In this document: piece after piece, positions 51,444 to 64,000 of the stretch
How the letters are laid out: the number at the start of each line of letters is the position of its first letter
How positions within the stretch are numbered: position 1 is the stretch's first letter
From: Podarcis bocagei
Lineage: Eukaryota
NCBI GenBank assembly: GCA_964188305.1
Contig: OZ076886.1
Direction: 5' to 3' (one strand)
Length of the DNA stretch: 64,000 nt
Translations under genes and position numbers: made by a program
The notes under the pieces: generated by a model
The model's database searches: none
What the model saw: only the letters and a program-made list of their open reading frames with translations
What the model was told of the DNA's origin: nothing

Positions 51444-54400
51444 GAGTCCTCCAGGCTGGATGTGAATATTGTGCCCACTTATGTGACAATAGGAAAAGCC
51501 TGTGTGTGTGTGTGTGTGTGTGTGTGTGCTTGTGGGGGGGCGTGTTTGGTGGTTAAAAGAGTTAGGAAGAAAGGGTGCAGATTTTACATTCCCTATATGA
51601 GCATCAATAACATCCCCTGCTTTTTGAGAACCCATGACCCTGCCTAAGAATACAAATTCCTGGGAAAGGCCACAGCTACTACCTGGTCTCTGGGTCCATT
51701 TTGACGAGCTTGTGCCTGTTCTTCCTGCGGTCCCACTGCTCATCCAGGCGGTGAGAAGCCACGTGGACCAGCGGATGGACCACATCGCCACTAGAGCCAT
51801 GGCTGAGGCCAATATGCATCCGGTAACACTCAATCTGGGCCCGTCCTCCAGCTGAGAAGAGGATGGCAGAGATACTTCCTGCCTTGGGCTGAGTGTCCTT
51901 GGCCACAGCCAGAGCTCTCACACTCGAGATGTGGTCGCCCAGAGCCGCAAGCTGGGTCACCGTACGAGACTGCGCCCTGTAGCTCAGAATATTGACCGTG
52001 CCGTCCTCGCTGCCGGTGGCAAGGGTGCTCAGCGGCTCCTGCCCGGGTGCCTGCAAAACCCCGATGTGGCAAACGCATGTCAGTTCCCTCCCGTGCAGGG
52101 ACTCCTTGAGGATGCGCTGCCCGTCGTGTGCGTCTTGACTCTGGTGCACCACCACATCCCCAGATTTGACGTAAACAAAGGTTCCTGCCTGGAGGCGGTG
52201 GGCGTAGCTCCAGGAGCGGTGGCCGCCACCGCAGGGGACGGACAGCAGCATCTCGTTGCTGCTGGCGCTCCAGAGAACAAAGCAGTCAGCATGGAAGCCC
52301 AGCACCCACATGCTCCCATCGGGGCCGAAGCGCAGCTCCTCCAGCCACTCCAGGCCCTTGCATGGCCTGTGCTTCCTCAGCACGCGCAGCTGGCGGCCTT
52401 GCACCTGCAGCTGGCGGTAGCAGCTGTCCCGGCCGGTGCTGTAGACAAAGTCCTGGTGGCAGGTGATGGAGGTGACACCGAGCTTTCCGTGTAGGCCGAA
52501 GAGCAGAGAGACGGGGCCCTCAGCGAGCGGCTCTTCCCCTGTGAGAGGAAAGGCCAGGCCGGGCAAACCGGAGCCCCCCTCTGGGTCCGAGGAGCCAACT
52601 CCTGCTCCTCTGCTCAAGGCCTGAGCTGGCTTGCACTCAAACAGCATAAGGGAGCCTCTGCGGTCGCCGCAGAGCAGCAGCTCTCCCTGGGGCGTGAAGG
52701 CGGCACACGTATGCCATCGCTGCTTGCAGAGCGGCAGGCGGAAGCATCGCTTCACCACCACGGCGACTCCCTCGGGTGGGCCATGAGAGACCTCCAGCCA
52801 CAGCAGGGAACCGGCTGCTCCGGAAACGAAGAGGCTGCAAGCGCCGGGATCCTGCCCTGCGTAGGAGGCCCAACTCAGGCTGTGCACTTTCCCCTCGTAC
52901 AGCTTCAGCTCCTTGCTTTCTGCGGGGCTGCAGAGAGGGAAGACTTTAACCTGTCCCAACAGGTTGCCCATGGCACACACCACCACGCCGCTGATGAGCA
53001 CGGAGACTTCCAGGAGGCTGTAGGACCGATACGCAGCATCCTCGAGGACCAACGCCCAGGCTTTGGAGGTCAAGTCATAGGCGTAGACAGCCCCAGCATC
53101 CGTCATCACAAGGAGGTGGTTTACATCCACCAGCTTCACCGCTCTGGGAGATCCTTTTCTGCGAGGTGAGGGGAAGTCCAGTCGCACAAGGCTGTTCCCG
53201 CCGTTGCTCTGCCCTTTAAGGAGCCACTGCCTGATGCCAGAATCGGCCCCGCCTGTGAACACCCAGCCCCGCCTCTCGTGGGCGGCGACTGCCCGGAGGC
53301 CGCGCCCCTTGTGCCCTTTGAAACGGTGAATGATCTCGCCCTGGTAGTTCCACACGAGGCAAGCGGCGTCTTCTCCAATGCTGAGGACGTAACTGCTCAG
53401 CAGGCGCACCGACCAGACCCGAGACTGGTGCCCGTAGCACACCAGCAAGCATGGGACAGGGTCAGGGGGCGACCTGAGGTCGCCGACGCCCCACAGCCGC
53501 AGGCTCCTGTCATCTGAGGCCGAGGCCAAGATGCTTTTGCTCTCTGAGAAACAGATGCTGAAGATGACGCCCTTGTGCCCGTTGATCCTGCTTCGGGGCT
53601 TCACCCTGCCTGTGTCGTCCGGCGGGTCGGCTGCGCACCATACCACCAGCTGGTTAAAGACTGTGCCAGCCACCAGCACCAGCGTGTCCCAGCTGCTCCC
53701 AACCAGGTGGGCTGAGTAGAGGATGCACTTCTCCTGGCAGTGCACTTCTCGAAGGGTCCTCTGGCCAGCGCAGTCATACAGTGCCAAGGAGTTGTGGCCC
53801 AGGGCCAACGCCACACAGCCGGGTGCCTCCAACCACTGCAGGTCCCAGATCCAGTCGTGCAGCTCGCGGAAAGGAAAGAGTTCGGCTAGTTTTGCTGTGC
53901 CGCCCTGGAAGCTGAGCTGTAAAACGACGAGGCCTTTGCCTCCAAAGACAGCTAGGGCGGTTGATCCTGGGGCCGCATCCTGCTGCTCCTTGATACCATG
54001 GACATTATGGTTTCGAAGGACCTTCTTATAGCATCTTGCTGACTGGCTGGCATCAGGCTCCAGGGAGTAGATGGCAATGTAGGGTCCTTCACCTGCAGGA
54101 AAAGAGGCTAGAATCACCTCATTTGATATATAGATGATAGATAGATAGAAAGAGGAGACAGACAGATAGATAGATAGATAGATAGATGATAGGTGATAGA
54201 TAGATAGATAGAAGAGATANNNNNNNNNNNNNNNNNNNNNNNNNNNNNNNNNNNNNNNNNNNNNNNNNNNNNNNNNNNNNNNNNNNNNNNNNNNNNNNNN
54301 NNNNNNNNNNNNNNNNNNNNNNNNNNNNNNNNNNNNNNNNNNNNNNNNNNNNNNNNNNNNNNNNNNNNNNNNNNNNNNNNNNNNNNNNNNNNNNNNNNNN

Positions 54401-55476
54401 NNNNNNNNNNNNNNNNNNNNNNNNNNNNNNNNNNNNNNNNNNNNNNNNNNNNNNNNNNNNNNNNNNNNNNNNNNNNNNNNNNNNNNNNNNNNNNNNNNNN
54501 NNNNNNNNNNNNNNNNNNNNNNNNNNNNNNNNNNNNNNNNNNNNNNNNNNNNNNNNNNNNNNNNNNNNNNNNNNNNNNNNNNNNNNNNNNNNNNNNNNNN
54601 NNNNNNNNNNNNNNNNNNNNNNNNNNNNNNNNNNNNNNNNNNNNNNNNNNNNNNNNNNNNNNNNNNNNNNNNNNNNNNNAGCATCCATCCTCACAAACGT
54701 GATCCACACACAGCCTCCATACCAGCCCAGGTACACCTTGAGCAGCGCCTGGCATAGCTGTCAACGTTTCCCTTTTTCTAAAGGGAAATTCCCTTATTCC
54801 GAATCGGATTCCTCACAAGAAAAGGGAAAAGTTGACAGCTATGGCTCCTGGTCCCAATATGAAAGACACACCACGGCCGAATCTGGTATTGCTTCTGATG
54901 CAGCTTTCGCACGGCCTCTTGTCAAACTGTCCCTGTGGAATCACGTTACCCACAACTTTTGCCTTGCTTGAAATGGGAACCGGTTTCTGACAGGTCCCCC
55001 ACTTCCTATCACCTCTAGGAGCATCATTTCCCCAGCAACAGGACTTATAAAATCCAAGAAACCAGCTTGCAGGAGCTCTGGGCTCCCTCCCCTGACTTGG
55101 TGCCTGCCTGTCCCACTGTAATGCATCGTCTTGCTGCGATTCCTGCTTTGCTTGGCTATTCAGCTGGGTAGAACCTGGTTTTGAAACAAGCCCTCCATTA
55201 TCATGTTTCGTTTCATCAAGTGTTCAGTGCCATGGCTTGGTATCTGACACACTTGACATAAATGTTACCCGTTGCCCACCGGAAAGGACTCTGCTCACCA
55301 GATTTGCAACACACACCACCCCTGACCACAGCTGTTGGGACTCCAGCAACATGGGAAGGCTACCTTGTGGGCTGCCACTGCCCCAGGATATTCTGGCCCT
55401 ACCACATACCTGCAACAAGGTGATCATCCACAATCTCCAGAGCTGTGATAGGAGCCAGTAGCAGCTCTGTTTCCAT
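48011..55476 (-). CDS. WDR6: WD repeat-containing protein 6 (Trm734 ortholog, tRNA 2'-O-methyltransferase regulator), 6 coding exons, 1098 aa
   Basis: Exons 55476-55410, 54092-51683, 50793-50698, 50137-50021, 49898-49780, 48498-48011. All introns are GT-AG and phase-consistent (3297 nt). WD motifs GHKGVIFS..ASASDDRSLRLW, GHQSRVW, CGGGHRSW, LHGRE, SAGGRA, DPETRYMS, AHSCGVNSL, AHAAHVTG match WDR6. Confidence 0.96.
48620..49290 (+). mobile_element. Degenerate L2 fragment (WDR6 last intron)
   Basis: Aligns with 19030-19780, with deletions and stops. Confidence 0.85.
49295..49716 (-). mobile_element. tRNA-Lys-derived SINE with CR1-type tail, interrupted by two younger insertions
   Basis: Reverse strand reads CCGGGACAGCTCAGTG|GGTAGAGCATGAGACTCAATCTCAGGGCTGTGGGTTTGAGCCCCATGTTGGG, then the tail. 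Inserts at 49558-49693 and about 49344-49470. Confidence 0.75.
49558..49693. mobile_element. Hairpin hAT MITE
   Basis: Long TIR CAGGCTTCCTCAACCTCGGCCCTCCAGATGTTTT. Perfect TSD ctctaccc at 49550-49557 and 49694-49701. Confidence 0.92.
50297..50646 (+). mobile_element. Sauria SINE (WDR6 intron)
   Basis: AAGGTAAAGGGACCCCTGACC...GGTCATGTGGCCAGCAT...GGTACCTATTTATCTACTTGCAC consensus-like sequence. Confidence 0.88.
51363..51442. repeat. (TCTG)n(TCTA)n tetranucleotide microsatellite
   Basis: Seen directly. Confidence 0.95.
54220..54679. other. Assembly gap (460 N) next to an (ATAG)n array in a WDR6 intron
   Basis: Run of N. Confidence 1.
54753..54843. mobile_element. 91-bp hAT-like MITE (inverted copy of 977-1064)
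   Basis: TIRs CATAGCTGTCAAC / GTTGACAGCTATG; TSD gcgcctgg / gctcctgg. Confidence 0.85.
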
Positions 55477-55911
55477 TGCTGAACAAGGATCGGAAGTGAG
55501 GGCTCCTGTTGATTCTCTTCCTCTTACACAAGACATCTGAGGAAGAAGGGGGTGGGAAGAGTAATAAATGCTGCAGATATTCCATAGCTTGAGGTGATGG
55601 ATACAGAAGTAGGCTGCCTTTTGGCTTGGAAAGTATAAATTGTTTGACGCTGCAGCAGGGCTACTCCAGATAAAAGTCAGCATGGTCTCGCTAGCAGGTA
55701 ACTCACATCACTGAGCACTAGGGATGGGGTGGGAAACCTCGTTCCCTAGCCTAATTTCATGCAGATAGGAAGGAAGGAAAAATGGAAGAAAAAGGGGTAG
55801 CCAAAAAGGAGGAAGTGAACTGGGTGAGAGAGAAGGGAGTGCACTGTCCTCTTTTTGTTCCAATCTTCCCTACCACCACCAGCCATGTGCCCCCCCCCAA
55901 CTACCCGTGAG

Positions 55912-56247
55912 GGAATATGATAGCCATGTTCAAATATATAAAAGGATGTCACATAGAGGAGGGAGAAAGGTTGTTTTCTGCTGCTCCAGAGAAGCGGACA
56001 CGGAGCAATGGAGCCAAACTACAAGAAAGAAGATTCCACCTAAACATTAGGAAGAACTTCCTGACAGTAAGAGCTGTTCGACGGTGGAATTTGCTGCCAA
56101 GGAGTGTGGTGGAGTCTCCTCCTTTGGAGGTCTTTAAGCAGAGGCTTGACAACCATATGTCAGGAGTGCTCTGATGGTGTTTCCTGCTTGGCAGGGGGTT
56201 GGACTCGATGGTCCTTGTGGTCTCTTCCAACTCTACGATTCTATGAT
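55912..56247 (+). mobile_element. CR1 3' fragment
   Basis: Nearly identical to 28665-29000. Confidence 0.93.
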
Positions 56248-56879
56248 CCTATGAATGCAGCCCTCAACATTAAAAAAGGTCCCCACCCGTTATGCACGGA
56301 TGAGATGCCGCCTGCTAGAGAGAGCGCAAATGTAAATGCTGTTCTCGGTTTAGACCCGAGAGGCCTCTGTTCAAATCCCACCTCAACCAAAGTCTCGGAG
56401 GAAAGATGCTTTGCTGGTTCTAACCACAATCTGTACAATGGGAACAAGCTAACTTTGCTCAGTTCTCAGAACAATGAAATGATCTAATCTCCGAAGCACT
56501 TGGTAAACGACGGGGTTTTTTATTTGGTAATAAAAGTGGTCTGAACAGGAGTGTACTTGCCCTTTCTGAGAAGCCCCTGGATGCCATTGCGCGACAGTAT
56601 TTTTGTGTGTGGCGAACTTTTGGTCAGCTTCTTATATGGGCAGATACGAAACAAAACCAGGGAGGGCCGTTGAATATATAAACGGGAGAGACTGGATAAA
56701 AGAGCGCGCTCCCCGTGGAGGAACAGCAGGCACAGAACGAACGGGAGGCTTAAGCCGGATTTGTTGGGACACATTACTGCCTGAGGTGGAAAGGGCAACA
56801 CACTTATTGTGGCAGAAGCTTCCACAGACCAGGGCTTGCAGGAGGGAAAGTGGGCGTGCATGCGGCAGTGCGGAGGGAG

Positions 56880-57290
56880 GGTACCTATAGTCGGCAGCTG
56901 CATGAGGTTCAAGTCAGGGATAGGGGGAGTCTTGACCCAGCAACACCTGGGCGCCCCCCAGGACCCCGTCCTGGTTTAAGCCACAGAATGCTTTTAGCCT
57001 AATGCTTAGCGAAACGGGGGCGCTGCAGCCAGAGCTTCGTGCACAGCCTGGGCAAGAGGCAGGGAAGGAAGCAAGACCCGCGTGGCAGCGCCGGGAGGGA
57101 GAGAAGCAAAGCAGAGGCCACCATATCGCGAGAAACCAGGTCGCCCTACCTCGCTCTCTCTCGCGCGCGGGCGCAGACCCCGTGAATCAATTGGGAGGCT
57201 TCTTCCGAGCTCCCAAGACACGGAGGGATGCTATTGGCCAGCGGAAGTTCTCTCCCAGGCCGCCGAGACTGATTGGTAGTTAAAGGCCGG
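56880..57290 (-). promoter_or_regulatory. WDR6 CpG promoter and probable non-coding exon 1
   Basis: TATCGCGAGA (BANP-type TMTCGCGAKA motif, 57124-57133), CCAAT boxes (about 57233 and 57272), CGGAAG ETS core, CpG-rich. Acceptor of the ATG-containing exon is at 55536. Confidence 0.65.
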
Positions 57291-57441
57291 CAAAGGCAGG
57301 AAGATAATTTCTTAAAGCCACAGCTCTATCTAAATAGATACAGTAAATACTGTATATACATAGCTATATTAAGGCAAAAGGTAAATAGAAAACCTTTATA
57401 GCTATACACACAGTACACATAATATGCACACACACACACAA

Positions 57442-57472
<31 letters not shown>

Positions 57473-59177
57473 GTGCATATATGTGCCAAAACAAGAAGAA
57501 AATAAAATTTAAAATAAAATAAAAGTAAGGTTACCAGCTGACATTAACAGTGATAATTTCCCATCAGTTAGTGGGGGGGGGGATTTAAGTTACTTGAAAG
57601 AACACTGTAAACAACTGAAAACATTGGCAGGTTTTTAAAAACACTTGCAATGAAGCGAGAATTATGATAAAAATTGAGATTTAAGAAAATATGGGAAATA
57701 TACGATGCAGTTTGAAAAGAATATCTGGGGAAACTACGGATGGGGTGGAGGGAAGTTTGGGGATTCTGAGAATCCTATTTGTAAAATTATTATGATTTGT
57801 GTATGATGATAAATGTTAAAAGTCTTAATGATATTTTTTTTTAAATCCCATCAGTTAGGGTTGCCAAAAACCCACAACTTGCCAAAGATCCAGAACAAGC
57901 TGCTGCCTTCCTGAAATTCCCCTTGGATGTCCCTTCCGCCCTTAAAATCCTGGTAATGTATGGATGTATGGCAGCCCTACCATCCATCGCAATTTAAACA
58001 TATAGGTAGGCAATCCATGTGTCCAAATAGCTATCTAAATGAGATTGACAATGGCAAGCCATGCATTCAAATGTATAAAGGGCGCTGAGATATTGAGACC
58101 ACTGAGTAGATGATGATAGGGGTTTTTTTTGTCCTTCCAGCATTCTGGTATATCTCAGCCACAACCGCAGGGTTCCCCTCCCCCAAAGCTCCCAAAGTTC
58201 TTATTCAGGCAATGCCTTTATTAGGCCACCCAAAAGGTCCACAAGATAGCAAGTTTTTGAGTTCTCCAAAACTCTACAGAAACTCCCAGAGAGTTCATCC
58301 AGCTCAACCACCAGCCTATGCAAGAAAATCAACAGCTCTAGCATGCCTCAAAAGTGGGCAACTATTCCCTGCTTAAAAACCTCTTAAGGACGCAGTGTTA
58401 CCTTCCAAGATATTCTCGTCCACTGTTGAACAGCTCATACGATCCCATTCATAGTGTAGAACCATTGAAATTAATCAACACACCTAATTTAGGTCCATTC
58501 ATTTAAACGGGTCTTCCTCTGAGTGGTACTTAGGCTATCTGGGAACCAGGTGCAGCAGGGTTCTTGCTGGGTCATCACATCACATGCGATGAAGCGGTAG
58601 CTACCACAGCCACATCTCCAATACCTTGAGTTCATTAACTCCCTCTACATGTGAGCGGCGTGTTGATGTTGCTTTCAGTAGTCCCTGATTTGTACTGAAG
58701 GAGTTTCCAGGGACACGTGAGGTTGATTTTAGTTTTCTTACCTGTATGTGTTTTCCTCTCCTGTTCTGGGTGGAACACACATTGGATATAGTGCAGAGAC
58801 AGTATCTTTCTGATACTGGCATAATTTAAATACAGGATTTATCTGGCTGTTACTTATCAAAAAGGTGACCTAGTTGACTGTGTAAAAAGCCATAAAAACA
58901 TTCCCCATGCAGTTTTCATATCAAGACATGCATTCGCAGAATATAACCAAGATTGTGACCAGATTGGAGCTAATAAAAGTGGGACCAGGGTTGAAAAACT
59001 GTCAACCTGTCATTTCCACAATATAATCAAAGGCTTTATTTTATTATTTATAGCCTGCTTTAACTTTGTGTTTGAAGCACTAGGACATGGCTCACAATAA
59101 AGGTCTACAAATGGAGCATTTGCTCCTAAAACTGGATCATGGTGTAAGAGACATACAAGAGATTTTATCTTTCATGA

Positions 59178-59222
<45 letters not shown>

Positions 59223-59545
59223 CTTTATTGCCAATGTACAACCTGTGTACAATGAAATTAACCGAGCCTCCCTCTTCTCCCCACAAACACTCAATCTCAT
59301 TGCACTCTGTGTGCTTGTAGCACAACACACCAACCCCTTTAGTCAGTTGCACTATATTATTTTCCGTTCACCAGCCTAACAGCCCACGGATAGAAACTGT
59401 TTTTTAGCCTGTTGGTACGACTGATTATACTTCCATATCTCCTGCCCAAGGGTAGAAGATTAAAGAGGTGCTGGCCGGGGTGTGAATCGTCCAAGAATTT
59501 TTCTCATTCTCCTAAGGCAACGATCCCTTGCTATGTCATCTAGCG

Positions 59546-60067
59546 CAGTGTTTCCCAACCGGTGTTCCGCGGCACACGAGTGTGCCGTGAGACATCGGCT
59601 GGTGTGCCGCGAGATGCCTGGAGGGAGGCGGGCAAGTCGGGCGGCGAGAGGCGGGGCGGCGGCGGCGAGGAGAGGCCGCGCCTCCTGCTGCTGCCTGGCG
59701 CTCCTCCTCGCAGCCGGCAGAGCTGCCTGGGCGCCTCCGCGCGACTCTGCCTCGCTGGGTTTGGTCTCCCAGCAGAGACGGGTCACACGCGCACCTCCCT
59801 CCCTCCCTCAGCCTGCGCGGAGGGAGAGCCAGAGAGAGGCATCGCTCCTGCGCGGCGGGAGAGGGAGCAGCCGGAGCGATGCCCCAAACGAGCTGAATTC
59901 CGAGCGAGGGACTGAGGGGGGAGGGAAAAAACTTTCACTTTCGTGCGTCCCTCCCGGCGTGACGCTGCGCGCTGACGTCACGGGGCGGGGCTTTAATGGT
60001 GGTGTGCCGCGAGATTTTTTTTCAGTAAACAGGTGTGCCGTTGCCCAAAAAAGTTTGGGAAACACTG
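59546..60067. mobile_element. CpG-rich young hAT element inserted in an older LINE fragment (about 59220-60300)
   Basis: TIRs CAGTGTTTCCCAA / TTGGGAAACACTG. Perfect TSD atctagcg at 59538-59545 and 60068-60075. Confidence 0.92.
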
Positions 60068-60699
60068 ATCTAGCGGGCTCAGGTGACAGCCCATGATATT
60101 ATGGGCTGTGTTCACCACCCTCTGTAAAGACTTTCTGTCCGTGGCTGTCAAGTCAACGTACCACACCATGATACAATATGAGAGGTCATCAATTGTTCTT
60201 TAACATTGTTATTTCGCAAGACCCTGAGAAAATGGAGTCTCTGTTGGGCCTTCCTAACCACCTGAGTTATATTGTTTTTCCAAGTGAGGTCTTCACTAAG
60301 GTAAACTCCCAGAAAAAGCTGCATCTGGCTTTATCTTAATTTTGTATTTTAAATGCTTTAGGAATAACACCACTGGATATAAAGGAAAACGGGCAAGAAC
60401 ATCATCACTTTAAAAAAATAAAAATCTTATGCTTATAGAAAAAACATTTTAATCACTTACAGTCAGAGAGAGCAGAAAATAAATAGATGAGTAGGGTGGG
60501 GGGATTGCTTTCAGTTTAACGCCAAGCCTGGAAATTCTAGGCACCGAGAGACTAATGAACAGAGACTTGCTTTGGGCCCCACTACAAAATTAGATGGTGC
60601 CCCAGTTCTTAAGAGTAGAAAATAGTAATCTGTGGAATGCATAACTTCATACCCCAATGAGGAATGGGAGGCGCAAAGAAAATGTACAGATAACAGCTA

Positions 60700-62650
60700 G
60701 GTTTCAAACTTTTATTTGCAGGATAGACAAGCTACCTGGCATCTGTGTGTGGAAAACAATAAATAAAATAAATATTAAATAATAAGGAAAAAAACCAACT
60801 TTTTGCAAAACACACAAGTGTAGGGAACACACAGAAATACAAAATCCAACGCTGACCAGTTACCTATCAATGCAACCGGCAACATCAAGTCACTTATATT
60901 AGCTAAGGTTAGCAAAGGGTTCAGCTGTGGGCTTGGATACGCATGTCATGCCTTTGGGGCAATTAAGGACATGATTCACAAAGCAAACCTCTCTGCTAAC
61001 ACCACCCTCCCCCCACTCCAGTACAGGTAGCTGAGCCCAGGCAAACATCCATGCGGTCCTGGGTGTGGGATACTGCACAATCCACAGGCCATGCAACTGC
61101 TTGCAGCGCTTCCCCATTCGTGGCCCAGGGGTTTTTGGTTTTGTAGATTGCAAACTGGAAAAAGGTGGCATCACATCCTCATCCAATTCATGGCTTCTTA
61201 AACCTCTATCAAAGCCCTACATTCTTCTACACTTCAAGTCTCTGCTAGTAAAATATAAATATCTCAAGTTAGAGGTGAATAGCCTCTCTAGCACACGCAT
61301 GAACACACTCAAAACAAGATTGCTCAAAACAAGTCCTAGTTTGGAATGAACAGCAAAATAGGAGGTCTATTTCATGTCCAGCCTTTTGGCATTTCATAAG
61401 TACTAAATGAGACAGGACCTTTGAGCTGAGTCTAGACTCTTCTTATTAAACAGTTCCTAAAGGGGACCGCTAAGAACTTTAAATTGGCTTGTAAACTATC
61501 TGCTATGCGGTTAAATTTCCAAAGTCATACCAGGGAAAGCAAGATGCTTCAGGGATACTGAATCCTCGTTGTATCCTATCTGAAGAACACCTACTTCACT
61601 CTCCTCACCCCACAAAACCTTGCAGCGGGACTGCAGAAAAGTTGCAACCTTAGGCCTATTTCATTAAAATAACCTGCACCAAAATCAATGAAGCTTACAA
61701 GGATATTGTGGAGGACTGGGGTGGCATTTTTTCATCTGGCAGGGCCATGTAGTGGTCACAAGCCTTAACCTTTCTGCGTTATAAAGCACACTACTAAGGC
61801 TGATCTACACAACTCGTGACCCACCAAGCTGACTACAAGCAACCGGGACCTGCCTGGGACTACAAAAATAAGGTGGCAGAGTGGGGAGGTTTTTAAGCAT
61901 GTGCCAGGTTGGAGGGCTGTGTTTGGCTTGGAAGGTCACAGGCTGCACAGGTCTCTAACTAAGGCAATGGACAAGGACCCCAGTAAAAAGGGATGCATGG
62001 GATGCACTCATTCCTTGGAATGGAAATTCACTCGCTGCCGACATAAACTGATTCAATATATACAACAATCAACATTCCACAATAACATCAGTTTCTGTCT
62101 TCAGGGAGAGCTACCGTGTAGGAATGGCAACTTATCAAAGCAAGGAAAATGCCATACAACTTAGCATCCTTTGGACAGCAATGGAGGCACCCGGCTAGAT
62201 AACTAGCTGCAAGACGGCCACCTTAAAGGCAGCTTTGTCTACTTCAGAACCTCAAGGCATCAGGAGGAAACAATCATGTCAAAATAAAAATATTTGTGCG
62301 GGCGGGGGGGGGGATGAGACAATTATATATTTGCTCATCAGGATGGAGCAGCCAGTCTGGGATTTCCAACACCAGCACTGAGAGCTACATGGCAGATAGA
62401 TCCATATATTTTGGGTTAAATGTGGATAGCTTTCCTAAAGGATACAACTTATTACAAATTATGAGCTGCAAGGCCAAAGCCTCTACAGTGATGGCTACAA
62501 CCAAACCCTGCATTTTGCCTTATGTCAAGATGTTGAACAGTGAGGGATTTTGTAATTGTAAATTATCTTTGTAAATTATCTTTCAATTATATATTAAAAA
62601 CGCCACGCAATTAATCCCAGCTTTCCTAACAGCGATGAAAGTGTTTGTCT
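60700..62650 (-). other. Possible 3' UTR end of the next minus-strand gene (P4HTM expected by synteny)
   Basis: Repeat-poor unique sequence, U-rich on minus, with AATAAA at 60716-60711. No coding exon is visible. Confidence 0.3.
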
Positions 62651-63429
62651 ACAGTTGCAAGCTTCCTGTGGTCTCATTGAATGCTACAGGAATCTTCTCT
62701 GTATCTTACTGAAGTTCCACTGTATCTTTCCAATTCATCTCCTTTTCCAACACCACTTCCTTTTTATTACAGACACCTATTAGAAAGAAATATATCCTCA
62801 GGCCAACACAGAAGGGAAAAGGGCCAACTCTGGCTCACGCTTCAAGTTCAATTACAGGGGGAAAGCCTCTCTGATTAGCCTCATCTCAAAAAAGATATTG
62901 TAGAGCTGGAACAGGTGCAGAAAAGGACTGTTGCTTGGGTTTTTGTTTTTGTTTTTAGTTTGGGGAGCAGAGAATTGAGTAAGGGGAAACATGAAAGAGG
63001 TTTGTAAAATTATGCATGGTGCAGAAGAGATTCTGGATAAACTGAAGGGAAGTACTTCTGGACACAATGAATAATACATTTATGGCATTCAAGATGATGG
63101 CCACTGGTTTAGATAGTTTTATAAGGGGATTAGACAAATTCATGCAGGATAAGGCAATCAACAACTACCCATGATGGCTATATGAAAGCTAAGGGAGGAA
63201 TTCAACATTGCACTTAGGTGATTACTCCATCAAGGCAAGGATTTTGGGTTGCCTTGTGGAATAATCCCTCCTTTTCTCCCTCCGCATGCTGTTCCAGGGG
63301 TTCTCCCAATTCCCCCAGAACTAATTTCAGAGGGTGCAAAGCGGCAGTCCTTGCACAGGGCTTCCCTTGATGGGACTCATTAGCTGAATCCCGCTCTCCA
63401 TGTTCAGATGCCATGTGTCTCCTGAGCAA

Positions 63430-63802
63430 AAAGGTTAAGGTGAAAGATCCCTGGATAGTTAAGTCCAGTCAAAGGCGACTATGGGGTTATGGCGCTCATC
63501 TCACTTTCTGGCGTTTGTCCACAGACAGCTTTCTGGGTCATGTGGCCAGCAGGACTAAACTGCTTCTGGCACATTGGAACACCATGACGGAAACCAGAGC
63601 ACACGGAAACACCGTTTACCCTCCCGCTGCAGCGGTACCTATTTATCTACTTGCACTGGGCATGCTTTCGAACTGCTAAGTTGGCAGGAGCTGGGACAGA
63701 GCAATAAGAGCTCACCCCGTTGCGGGGGTTCAAACCGCTGACCTTCGGATTGGCAAGCCCAAGAGGCTCAGTGGTTTAGACCACAGCGCCACTCGCGTCC
63801 CT
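63430..63802 (+). mobile_element. Sauria SINE
   Basis: Matches 50297-50646. Confidence 0.85.
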
Positions 63803-64000
63803 ACTGTCTCTTGAGCAGCAACAATGGAAAAGGACCATCAGTTTCATGTCCTGCTTTTCAGAGGAATCTGATTGGCCACTGTGGAAAGCAGGCTGCTGGT
63901 ACACAGGGGCCTTTAGTTTGATCCAACAGGAATCTTCTTACGTTCATGATTGTATATATCCATCTGCAAGAAGGAACATGATGTGAGTATGCTGTTGGCC

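Noticed and set aside
51679-54684. 1001-aa ORF as a single-exon gene
   Set aside because: Its N-terminal part runs through an N gap and an (ATCT)n array. The real WDR6 exon is 54092-51683.
59482-60096. 204-aa GC-rich ORF or gene promoter
   Set aside because: It lies almost entirely within a TIR/TSD-bounded transposon, and GC richness explains the lack of stops.
1-64000. CRISPR arrays, rRNA or prokaryotic systems
   Set aside because: The sequence is intron-containing vertebrate DNA; no repeat-spacer arrays or rRNA motifs were seen.

Overview
Vertebrate (squamate, probably lacertid lizard; inferred from Sauria SINE, BovB, young L2/CR1 and abundant hAT/mariner MITEs) genomic DNA orthologous to the human 3p21.31 NDUFAF3-MIR191-MIR425-DALRD3-WDR6 block. 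Contents, left to right: coding exon 1 of NDUFAF3 (minus, 411-335); an internal CpG-island promoter at about 8.5-9.2 kb with no coding exon; miR-191 (16652-16725) and miR-425 (23204-23278) on plus, about 6.5 kb apart; the complete 13-exon DALRD3 CDS (plus, 31581-41943, 545 aa); the complete 6-exon WDR6 CDS (minus, 55476-48011, 1098 aa) with its promoter near 57.1-57.3 kb; and a possible 3' UTR of the next minus-strand gene at the right end. The main unexplained signal is a spliceable minus-strand ORF system between the DALRD3 and WDR6 stop codons (43002 to about 45990), a candidate orphan gene or decaying gene with repeated LPx[IVL] motifs. A Penelope fragment just upstream of it carries a minimal hammerhead ribozyme (46542-46579). 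Two assembly gaps are present. All gene identities rest on recalled homology; no searches were run.
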